64,000 bases of DNA from Lama guanicoe (taxonomy: Eukaryota). This document shows, in pieces, positions 48,721 to 59,480 of the stretch (its first letter is position 1; every line of letters begins with the position of its first letter). The notes under the pieces are model-generated. The model was not told the origin of the DNA and did not search any database. It was given only the letters and a program-made list of their open reading frames with translations. The stretch spans positions 1,796,011-1,860,010 of the forward strand of contig MU054117.1 in NCBI GenBank assembly GCA_013239625.1, written 5' to 3'. The translations under genes were made by a program, and so were the position numbers.

Positions 48721-51700
48721 TGTATTCAAATAGTTTTTATTTTTACACAGTCAAATCGATCCTTTGTGACTTCTGGATTTCACGGCATGCTTGCAACGGC
48801 TCTCCTCAGTCTAAGATCAGAAAAATACTCACCAGGCGTGCCACCTAAAGGCGTCCGGGGGAGTCCATTTACAAGACAGGTCGCCCCAGCCCCTCCCTCC
48901 CACACTGCACTTCTTGTAAGTTAACCTGGCTTTTCACAAACCCGGGCTTTTCTAAAGGGGAGACCTGCCTGTGTTTACATCACATGTAAGGCTGTGAGGG
49001 CAGAGCGCTCTGGGGACTGCGTGATGCTAACTCGTCTCCTGTCTGAAGAGTGGGCCTGGGAAGGTCACCCCACAGCCCAACAAACCCCATCACTGACGCC
49101 TGGCTGTGAAGCAGTGGCCCCACGCCAGGTATCCGACCCTGAAGGAATTCGCAGTCCAGACGGAAGGTGTCGTTAAAGGCCTCAGGGGGAAAGCATTGCT
49201 GATGGAAGGGAGACTGACGAGTGGGTGAAGGGGAGGGGAACAGAGGACATTCCACACGCAGGGACGCAGGGACCCCGCCTCGACTCAGCCCACGGGCGCT
49301 GGGCTGGAAGGAGGTGGGGCGGAGGCCAGAGCCAGAGCCTCGGAAGAAGACAGGAAAACCTGGCTTCTTGTCCTGTCCCAGGACTCAGCGGGTCAGACGT
49401 CTAAAGGAAGTGACATCACTCTTCTGCCTCACTTTGCTCATCCTTAAAATGCAGCCACAGCCTCCGTCCTTGGGCAGTGGTGCAAATTCTACCCGATCAC
49501 ACGTGTGCAAACATTCTGTCTGAACGCAAACATCCAAAATCCTTGGGCACTTTCTGCCGCTAGTTGGTGTGGGACTGCCCCTGCCTCAGAGGCTTCACTG
49601 TGGGTTCGCCCCTCTCTGCCTTCCCTGGGGTCCCTGAGGCTGCTTTCGGAAGCGGGACAGCTTCCCGAGGACCCGGACCACCCATCCTGCTTCCCTGCGT
49701 TTTGAATCCTGGCTCTCCTAATCTTGTTGTTAACCCCGATGAGAACTCTACTCCGACCCCCTCCAACCCTGACAAAAACACCCCACGGGAAGCACGGAGC
49801 CTCTGCCCGACAGGTTGTTAGTAGCAGGATTAGCAGTCGCCCCCAGGCTCCTGCTGCTTCCCTTCGGCCTTGTTTTTCCTAGACAAGGGTGTGGACCCCT
49901 CTCCATCCCAGTGAGCCCACCATCTGCTCCGATTCAGGGCTGAAGGCGGAGAAGCAGGGCAGCGAGCATCTTCCTGAGATCCCAGTGGCTCTCCCACAGC
50001 CCAGGGAGCAGCGTCCTCCAGTGGGTGGCAGCGGCCTTCTCAGGCCAGCAGGGCCCTGGAGGTCTGGAGGCCACGGCACAGGGCAGCCCCACCCCCGTCC
50101 CCACGGCCCAGTGCAGAGGGCTTTATCAGGGAGAGGCGCTCGCTGGGAGCTGGGAAACCTGGGTTCTGGCTTCAGCACTGGCTAGCTGCGTGACCTGGGA
50201 CGGGTCCCTTGCCGTCTCTTCTCAGTTTCCTCATTAGCCAAATGAGAGGGTTGGGTACTAAAACTGATGCCCTGCGGGCAGACAGAAGTGTGCACGGTTT
50301 GAGGCTAAACGCCTGTAAGCAAGGCGGGTACTTTCCGTGAGCAGCATTTCCTGCCATTGCCAGCACTGGAGCGTCTGAGTTTGCGTTCTCAGCTGCTCCC
50401 GGTCCTGGCACTTGGGAAAGGAGCCAAGAACCTCTGGCCTTTTTGGCATCATTATTTAAGAGACGCGGAATACTCCACTGGCCACCACCAGGAAGAGCTG
50501 AGTGCAGAACCAGATCTGGCCAGGCTCGCTCACCTCCCGAGGCCAACCTTAACCCGAGATGAGGCGCAGCGAAGCAGTCACTGTGGCCCTCTTGGCAACA
50601 CAGGATCCTTAGTCCCTTCCCCTGCACTTACCAGCAGGCAGGGCTGGCTTCAAGGGCCTGCTCAGAGAGGCCCGCAGTGGGAAAGGCCCGGCTGGGTTTC
50701 ACGCCCTCCATGACCGTTCTGAATGCATTTTGGCCCTCAGGCTCATCTTGTTCTGAGCCCTGCAAATCACTGTGGCCACATGAACTCCCACTTGGGACCC
50801 TTTCAGCAGTCTCTCCCACTAGGGTGCTGCTTCCCAAGGCAGAGACTCTGGACCTTAATTCTGACGGATTCTTCCTGTCCTTCAAGATCCAGCTGAGGCA
50901 GCATTAAAATCCACACGTCCTTCTCCAGACGGCCGCCTTCCCACCCCATCTGCCTCTCTCACGTGGCACCCACCCCTTCTGTAACTCTTCCCAACTCCCC
51001 GTCTGACTGGTCACCTCCAGCCGTGCCCTCTGCACTCTGACCTCCTCAAAAGAGACGATGCTCGATGAAAGTCTGATGACCGACTGGAAAGCAAACAGAG
51101 CTATCTTCCCCGAACAGAGCGCAGAGTGGCGCACACAGGGGGCGCTCCATCCAGGCTGCTGACTCATGCACGGAGCAGCCGGGGCCTTACACCGCAGGGC
51201 CCTGCCCGGGCCCCAGCCACGGCAGTCCGCGGACGGGCCTTCCAAGCCTGTCCTACTGGCGAGGCGGGAGGGATGAGGTCCAGGGCGGCAGAGCTGATTT
51301 ACAGGCTTCCTCCCCACCCCTGCGGTTCCAGGTCCGAACTGCGCTGCGGGAAACCCTATCAAGACGCCGGACACCTGCAAAGCCCTGTAGTCTGCAAGCC
51401 GCTGTCACGAACTTTCTTCTCAACTGTCAAGACAAATACTCGAATACTAACTGTGGGGTTGCTATGCTGACACTCTCTCTTTCCCTCGTAAACTCCTTGA
51501 GGGAAAATCAGGAAATACAGACAAAGCCAAAGGAATAAGGACACCTCAACTCCTAGGGCCCAGAGATGACGCTGCCAACATTTCAGTCTGTATCTCATTG
51601 GATTTACCTACGCACATAATCCATATTCTCACCAGCTTTTTTTCTTTCTCATATCACGCAGGAAACAGTGTTAACTCCCCCAGACGCTCCACTGCACATG

Positions 51701-51749
51701 CCCTGTCTGTGTTTATTCCTGCAATTAGTGAAGGAAAATCACACTAATT

Positions 51750-51821
51750 CTTTTTAACGGAGGGACTGGGGATTGAACCCATGACCCCATGCACACTAAC
51801 CACCGAGCGACACCCTCCCCC
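51750..51821 (-). mobile_element. Camelid-type tRNA-derived SINE, internally deleted
   Basis: TTTTTAACGGAGGGACTGGGGATTGAACCCATGACCCCATGCACACTAACCACCGAGCGACACCCTCCCC. Confidence 0.8.
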
Positions 51822-52629
51822 CATAATATGTATCTTTCAAAGCAGGAAAACACGGTCACTGCTTTGTAATCTCATTACCCCCATGTTTATAGGCGGGCAA
51901 CAGAGGTCGCAGGTCACACAGCTGCTGAGGGCAGTGCTGGGGCCTGACTCTGGGCGCCCTTACTGCGGGGCCAGGGTACATGTCCCTGAACCCCACTGCT
52001 GCTCAAATTCCAAGGGCGCTGACGGGACTGGTGGCTGTGGGAAGGAAGCCCTGGCAAGGAAGGGTTTGCTGGGACTGGACTTCGGGGAAAGGACCCCGAA
52101 ACTGCCCGGGTGTCCCACAGTTCAGCACGGGCGGGGCCGGGCCAGGCTGGGATGAGTTCCCACCTCCATAAAACTGGACTTTGCCTTGCAGTAAACAGTC
52201 ACAGGGTGGTGGCGGTCAGCTGTCAGGCAGGGGCCCGGAGGAAGCGGCTGCCAGGTGGCGGGACCGGGCTGCACAGGACTGACCCCAGGGAGCAACTGGA
52301 CATCTGTTTGGTGGCCTTGGAGGGCTCTTCTCCTTGCATTTTTAGAAAAAGGAGTGAGGGCACAGCCGTAACCCAGCAGCTGCCTGGCTGCCCGGGGCAC
52401 GGCCCTGGGTGGTAGAAAGTGCCTCCAGCCTGGGTCGGGGCCCCAGGCTAAGGACTGGACCAGCCTGCCTGCCCACCTCCTCCCTCCCTTCCCTCTCTCC
52501 CTCCTTCCTTCCTTCCTGAGCACACATTACTGGCCAGATGCTGTGTTAGGCACGAGAGGAAGGATTTCCTCAGAGCCCTGGCCTTCCACGAAGGTGGCAA
52601 AGGAACAGGAGCTGACCAGAGGCCTGCAG

Positions 52630-52825
52630 AACAGCGGTTAAGGGCTGGAGCTCTGGACTCACGCAGACCCGGGTTCAAATCTTGACTCCCCTGTCTAGCT
52701 GTGTGACCTCAGGCCAGTTACTCTACCTCTCTAAACCTACATGTCCTTTCTTAAGGTGCCTAGAAGTAAGATCAGGCACAAACACACTTAGGAGTGCCTG
52801 GAACATGGTAAGTGCTGGGTAAACG
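52630..52825 (+). mobile_element. MIR SINE
   Basis: GGTTAAGGGCTGGAGCTCTGG...CCGGGTTCAAATCTTGACTC...TAGCTGTGTGACCTCAGGCCAGTTAC...GTGCCTGGAACATGGTAAGTGCT. Confidence 0.8.
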
Positions 52826-54597
52826 CAGTTGTCGAAAGAGAGGCATGTTCCGCATCCACAGGGGGTCTGGTTCCAGAGGACGCCTAGCGGTTCAGGTTAG
52901 AACAGTCCTGGGGCCTTCTCGGCGCTTTAGAGGAGGGTTTGGCAGAGTCTGGCAGCGGCTCCTCCCTCCCTTTAGCATGTATAGACCAGACCACACACCA
53001 GCTCCTCGCGACGAGGGAGGGGGCTGGCATCCTCTCGTTTTGACAAAGGGGAGGTGAGAAGCAGCGGGGGCACGTGAGCTGCCCGCGGTCACCGAGGGAA
53101 GAAATGGCAGCTGCTGGGTTCAGATCCCTTGACTCCAAGCTCGGAGCCACCCGCTCCCTAACCTTCCCTCCCCAGACCCCGGCCCACACACACCACCAGA
53201 GCCGCTACTTAGGGTTCAGGAGTGGGGGCTGGAATCCCAAAGCTGGAAGGGAGAGCCCGGCGGGATCTGCTGGGCCTGGCGGGGGAGCCAGTGACCCCCA
53301 GGGCTGGGGCGGCAGCAATTCTGGCCGGCGGGCTCTGGCCGAGGCCTCCTGGGACTGGCTGAAGCTAGCAGGGGCCATCTGTCTCAGGGCTGGCCGACCT
53401 TGAGGGCTATCTACATCCTGGCTCTGATCCCTGGGACCCAGTGTCCCCGGGGACACCTCACTATCTTGATCTCACCTGCCCTGGAGCGGCCCTGGGGCCT
53501 CTCCAGGTCAGAACAGCATCCTTCCTCTGCAGCCTGCCTGTCTACACAGGCCCCCGGCATGCCAACCCCCAGGACACAAATGCATGCAGGCACAAACTGT
53601 GTGCTGTACTGAGGGCCACACCAGGAGTGGAAGTGCCCAGGAAAGACAGTCATCTCCTGCACCCCCAGAGGGCTCCACGTAAGAGGCCCATGGAGCACAG
53701 CTCATGGTGGTCCTGCCTCCCCAGCCCCTTCTGAACGAACGTCCCAGTTCACTCACTCAGCACTCCAGGCTGGGTGCCAGGCTCTGGGATACGCAGTGAA
53801 CAAGGCAAAGTCCTTGTTCCCATGAAGCTTATCTACAGGGTGGGACTGAAAAGGTCTTTTTATCTCCTATATGCTTTCCCTTTATGCACTTGATTCTCTG
53901 CTAAGCCTGTCACTGGAGGGGATTAGGGGATGTGGACGTGGGGAAGGCGGGGATCTCTGCTGTATGGTAGATGCCCAGCTCACGATCGGAGCCGAACACA
54001 CAGAGGATCCTGGCAGGCTCCCGGCTTGGCTGGGTGGGGTGGGAAATTCACCACCTTCCCTTTTCCCATCCCTGGGTCAGATACGCTCTACCGATGAGGT
54101 CTACGCGCCTGGACTCTTGCCAGGGACTGTGGGCACAACTTACTGCTTCTTACTCCCAGGGCCTGAAACTCCAAGGAAGTAATTCTCGCCTTCTCGCAGA
54201 CGTGTAATTCAGGGGGACTTACTAAACTCACACACACCATTGTGTGGAATGTTGATGTTTTGCTTGACGATTAATTGAGTCATTTGCACTTACCTGCATC
54301 TAGGCCTCCCCTCTGGATTCCAGCTCCACCGCAAAGCCTAAGGTTCTGCAAAACCAAGAAAGGCTCAGTAAACGTCTGAGTGAAGCACGAAGAGGATCTA
54401 AGGATGGACGCATCAGACCCTGTACACAGACGCACGGCGGGCAGCTCCAGGCACTGGAGTGTGCCAGGTGCTGGTGCCAAACACAGGCTCTGATTTATTT
54501 GCTGCTCAGGGGGGCGCTCTGGATGGATCACCTCTGCATCCTTCAGACCAGTGTCCACCTCTGGGGGTCTCCTCCACCTGCCCCTCCAGGGACCACA

Positions 54598-54790
54598 CGT
54601 GGTAGTGGTTAAGGACTCAGGCCCCAGAGCCTGGCTAGGTTCAAATACTGACTAATATTAATGGCGGGATGATCCTGGGCAAAGTAGTGAGCTGTTCTGA
54701 GCCTCGTCTGTCTCATCTGTAAAATAGGTGTGGCCAACAGAATTCAGTGATGGAAAGGGCCCAGCGCAGATCTGAGACAGTAAACGCCGG
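54598..54790 (+). mobile_element. MIR SINE
   Basis: GTAGTGGTTAAGG...GGTTCAAAT...CTGAGCCTCGTCTGTCTCATCTGTAAAATAGG. Confidence 0.7.
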
Positions 54791-54814
54791 CAGCGTCCAC
54801 CACGAGTAATCTGG

Positions 54815-55006
54815 CAGTGTGGTGCAGACCAAGGGCCCTCACATTTGCAGTGCCTCAGAACCCCCTGAGGGCTTGTTGAAGCGCACATTGCTGGGCTCCA
54901 CCCCAAGTTTCTGAGTCAGCAGGTCTGGGGTGGAATCTGAGAATCTGCATTTCCAACAAGCCCCCAAGTTGCTGCTGCTTCAGGGACCACACTTTGAGAA
55001 CCACCG
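54815..55006 (-). mobile_element. MER5A DNA transposon
   Basis: ATTGCTGGGCTCCACCCCAAGTTTCTGAGTCAGCAGGTCTGGGGTGGAATCTGAGAATCTGCATTTCCAACAAG...GGGACCACACTTTGAGAACCAC. Confidence 0.9.
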
Positions 55007-55656
55007 GTACCCAGAGGAAAGAAGACGGGTGTAGGATTTGGACACTGGGACCATCCCTTAGTATCTGGTGACCCTGGGCCATTAATCTCTTTGTGCCTCA
55101 GTATTTTCACCTGTAAGAAGGGAGTCAACCCCCACTTCGCCGGGGCTGGGCCTGGCATGCAGCATTCTCAGTATTGAATTCTTACTGTTTAAATTTTGGC
55201 TCCATTTATCAGCCCTTGAAGGATGGGCAGGATTACAAAGAGCAGAGACGGGTCAGGCGGGCTTGGGGTTGCTGCAGAGAACCCCGAAGCCTGGAGCGAA
55301 GTGCCAAGCATTTGGAAGGCCCAGAGCAACGTGCTAATTCGGAAAGAACTCCTGTTCCAATTCTTTGTAAGTTTCTACGTGCCAAATCCATGATTAACTT
55401 TGGGCCCCGCCTGAGACTGACCGACAAGGTGACCTCCGGCAGAGGAGGTGGAAAATGCGTCCTAAAAAAGTCAGTCGTCCCCACGGGGTTCCTATCGCAG
55501 CCCCCATGCCTTCCTGTCCCTCCCTGCACCCTCTCCCCGCACCCCCACCCCCGTGTCTATAGAGAAACCCTGTCACCTGCTGGGCTCACGAAGGGATCAA
55601 GGAGCCTTCGGGCTCCGGGCCAGGCTGAGCGGCCCCAGGGCCGCCGCAGGGTCCTG

Positions 55657-55670
55657 GCGCCCCCTGGCGG
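55657..55670 (-). promoter_or_regulatory. Strong CTCF motif
   Basis: Minus strand CCGCCAGGGGGCGC. Confidence 0.7.
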
Positions 55671-55707
55671 ACGAGGGGCGCCGCACGCCTGCGGGGCTGC
55701 CCCTCCC

Positions 55708-55917
55708 CGCGCCCGGGCGTTGCGGGCCGCGCGCACCCGGGGGAGGGCCGGCGCCTGGCGGCCAGGCTGCGCCCGGGGCTCAGGGCGCGGAGGCCGTCTC
55801 CGGGAGCGGCCGCTCCTCCACGCGCCCGGGCGTTGCGGGCCGCGCGCACCCGGGGGAGGGCCGGCGCCTGGCGGCCAGGCTGCGCCCGGGGCTCAGGGCG
55901 CGGAGGCCGTCTCCGGG
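55708..55917. repeat. Two identical 97-bp GC-rich copies at 113-bp period
   Basis: 55708-55804 equals 55821-55917 (CGCGCCCGGGCGTTGCGGG...GGCCGTCTCCGGG). Confidence 0.95.
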
Positions 55918-56109
55918 CCAGCGGCGCGTTATTACGGGAACAGCACGCGGACGGCCCGCCCGCGCTGGATGAGAGGCTGTTGACTTTTCAGGGCGAGACT
56001 CACTGCTCCTGGCACCCGGAGGGCTGCCGGCGCAGCGCTGGCCCCAGACGCAGGCCTCGGGCCGGGCCTCTGCAGGCTTTGGCCTGAAGACCAGTGGCAG
56101 CGTCCAGCC

Positions 56110-58073
56110 TGAGTCATTCCTTCCCTGTGGCGCACACCAGGGAAGGAAGGGCTATCCCTGGGCCAGGGGCTTCTAGTTTAAAGGCACAGCTTCACTGTCC
56201 GAACACCATGCCCCTCACCCAGCCATCTTGGGCCTAGAATCTCACCCTGGGAGATCCGTTCTTTTGCCTTTGTCGAAAATACTCTTGGAAGTAACTCTCA
56301 TTTGAAAAATTCAATGCTGTCTTCATCGAGCACGTAATGTGGGCAAGTCACTGAGCTGGGGACCATGGGGACCAGGAATATGGAAGATTCCCTGCAGGAA
56401 AGCAGGCACCTGGAGGGGCCACCTGGACAGGTCTGAACACAACCCAGGGTCTAGAAGGGAGGGCAGGCCTCCGGAGGCGGGGGGCACCGCGGAGAAAGGC
56501 CTTTAGTCCTGGAGGGGGCAGGAGTTGGCGGAAGGGTGGGGTGTGTTCAGGGAACAGTGAGTCACGTGCTGCAGCCCAGGGAGAAGGGTGAACTCTCTGC
56601 CCTTGAGTGGAGGCTGGAAGCAGGTGGAAGCCCGCTGGGGGGTCTGCACAGCAGAGATGGTGGGGGCCCGGGTAGGTGGGCTGGTCTGAGACTCTCCCTC
56701 CCTGAGAGATGGGCCTGGAGCACCTGGAAGGGAGCATCCCCGAGGGCGGGGAGGAGAGAGGTTCCCCACTGAGCAGGGAAGCATTTCAAAGACCAGGGGA
56801 GGCTGCTGAGAAGACACACAGGGCCCTTGAGAAACTTGGGGCTGGGTCAGAACCCAGTACTTAGAACGCCTCTAGGCCCACAGGTGGGAGGGTGGTCCTG
56901 ACTGGGAGAGACTTCTCTTTTATCTCATCCTCATTCTAAGACCTCATTACCAGCCCGACCACTTTTAACAGCCCTCTGTGCTAAGCAAGGTCTGCTGTTC
57001 CCAGTTCACGCACAGAGAGGCTAAGGCCTGGGCGAGAGGAAGTACACATTCTGCTTTCTATTAACCACTGGCCTTTTAGGGTGCATATTTGTTTCTGTTT
57101 AAAAAATTAAAAAAATTTTTTTTTAGATAGTTCAGACACTCACAGGGGTCAAAATTCAAAATGTCCGGATGAAAATCTCTCTTTGAGCCCTACTCTCTCA
57201 GCTGCCCAGATCACCTGTTACCAGTTTGAACTCAAGCCTTTTGACTATGGGTCCAGGGCCCTTTCTGCCATGGCCAGGCAGGGCTCAGGGACACAGCACC
57301 TGGCAGATTCAGGAAAGCCCCAGGCCAGTGTCACCCGGCAGGGGTGTTACACCTCTTCTTAGCAAGTCTGCTGTCTTCTTTCATCTTAGGCATATAAGTT
57401 TATCTTTAGATCCCAAACTCCTTGGGGGCAGGGAGTATGTCTTCAACTTCCAGGAGGCAGCAGAGTAGGGGTTAAAATGATAGGCTACCATGCTGTGTGA
57501 CCCTGAGCAAGTTCCTTAGGCTCTCTGAGCTTCCACTTTTCAACCAGATTAACAAGGCTCTCACCAACCGCACAGGGCTGTGTGGGGACTGGATGTCTTA
57601 TGACTCACGTCCCGTGTTCAGCCCTGTGCCAGGGCAGGGCCTGACTCTGGAAGTGGGAACTGCTGTCACTCCCAGTGTCCTGAGGCCACTGAGTGTGTCC
57701 ACAGCATGACAGACAGGGCACCCTTTTAAATGGAATCCTGAAGGAGGGTTAGGGGTCTCAGGCCCCTAATTAAAGGCAAATTTCCATAGTGGGTCACCCA
57801 AATCCATATATTTGAACAAACTGCTCTCCCTGGACTGGTTCCACCCTTCCCTTTTGTGAAACCAGCCCTTTCAAGGCCAGGCCATTCACTGTCCCCTCTT
57901 CAGGTGGTTTGTCTGGAGCACCGGGCATTTTGAGGCCAACAGAAGGGCTGATTTTGTCTGATGTGAGTCTGAGTGATACACAGGGAAAACACCACATGGC
58001 TTCTCCCAGGGTGGATAGGCTGAGTCACAGGATGGTCACCCCTGCCCTGGGGCTGCCTAGGGCAAGTGACTCA
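56110..58073. promoter_or_regulatory. AP-1 motif cluster (enhancer-like)
   Basis: TGASTCA at 56110, 56558, 57601, 58021 and 58067; a sixth at 59320. Confidence 0.55.
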
Positions 58074-58859
58074 TGGCCTCTGCCCCTGGCCTGGTCCCTG
58101 GCCGCCTGACCTCTGCCCCTCGGAGGGTACGTCCTCCACCCTGAGACTCTCCGCCAACCCTGGGTTGGAAGGGAGCCCAGCAGCAGGAATAGGCTCACCC
58201 GTCAGGGTTTGTACCTGGCTCCAGCGCCTTCCGCGGTTCCCTCCTGGCTGCCGCGGACGTCCCCTCCCAGCCTTCTAACAGGCCTACTCCCTCCCACGGG
58301 CCCTCCTGCCTTGGGCCCCAGGTGAATGCTCTGTGCGGTGGATTCCAAGGCTCTTCGATGGGACAGTTACTTACGCCTTCGAGAGAACATCTCTGTAATC
58401 CTGTTTCCATGAAAGGGCAGAATGATCTGGTGGAGCTGGTGGTCCCCATCCACCTTACTGTCAATAAACAATGTACAACTTTGTTTACTCTTCTGTTAAA
58501 AGAGGCATTCCTTCCCTCTCCAACTCAAGTTTTGTAAAGAGACAAAATATATAGGCCAGCAAGGATTACGGGGTAAATGACTGTCCGGCGGAACAATGGT
58601 GCAATCCCCGACGTCCAGGGATAGACTCGCACCACCAGCAAGAGAGCCAGGGAACAGGGAAGTCTGAGCTGGACCCAGCGCAGGGCGGGGAGGAGGGAGG
58701 GCGGTGCTTGCTGGGGGGCAGGCCCAGGCGCAGGGCAACCGGGGGACACTGGGAGGGCTCTGTGCTGTCCCCTCAGCCCCTGGGGTCGTCCCACCCCGAT
58801 CCCCAGACCCACGTCCTCTTGTTGCCCAGAACCTCGAGCCCCAACTTCCTATCACCCAG

Positions 58860-59480
58860 AACCCTGCGTCTGCGGCTCGGCTGCCACTGGTTGGCAGGGT
58901 TGGGGGGCTGCCTTTCCCGGGTGCTCGCGTCGCAAACAGGGCCTCAGGCGTGGAGACCCGCTGTCCTGGGGTGGGGCGGGCTAAGACACGGGTGCCCAGG
59001 GACGGGGGTCACTGGGAGACAGACCTCGGGCTGGGAAACGGGGAGGCTCGGAGCCCTTTCCTGTGGGGGAGGGGCCGGCTCACCCCGTGTCCTCCCGCGC
59101 TGTGGAAACTGAGGCCCCAAGTGGGAAGCCCAGAGGAGCAGCCAGTCCGGAGCAAGGGGTCCCAGCCCCCAGCCCCCAGCCCCCGCTCGGAGGAGCCGGG
59201 GGACGGCAGGGGCCGAGGCAGGCCCGCGCGCCCCCCACTGCGCCCGCGCGCGCCCCTCCGCCGACCCCCGGGGGGCGGGCCCCGCAGAGCCCGGGGGGCG
59301 GGGCCGCGCGGAGAAGAGGTGACTCAGGCCGGTGCTCGCGGTCCGGCCCTTTGTTCCCGGCGCCGCCCGGCCTTAAAGGGCCAGCGCCCGAGGCAGGAGC
59401 GGGCGCCCCGCTGTCGCACATCCCGCCCGGACCCCTACCCCTTCTGGGGGTGCTCCTGGTCTCCGGGCTCTGGGCCAAAT
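58860..59480. promoter_or_regulatory. CpG island with GC box, AP-1 and SOX/TCF-like motifs
   Basis: GGGGCGGGG near 59295, TGACTCA at 59320, CCTTTGTT near 59348, dense CpG. Confidence 0.75.

Larger units (their letters stand above)
55600..56070. promoter_or_regulatory. CpG island
   Basis: Very high GC and CpG density. Confidence 0.8.

Noticed and set aside
55174..55983. 269-aa ORF
   Set aside because: Arg/Gly/Ala/Pro-rich translation of a GC-rich duplication with no recognisable domain.
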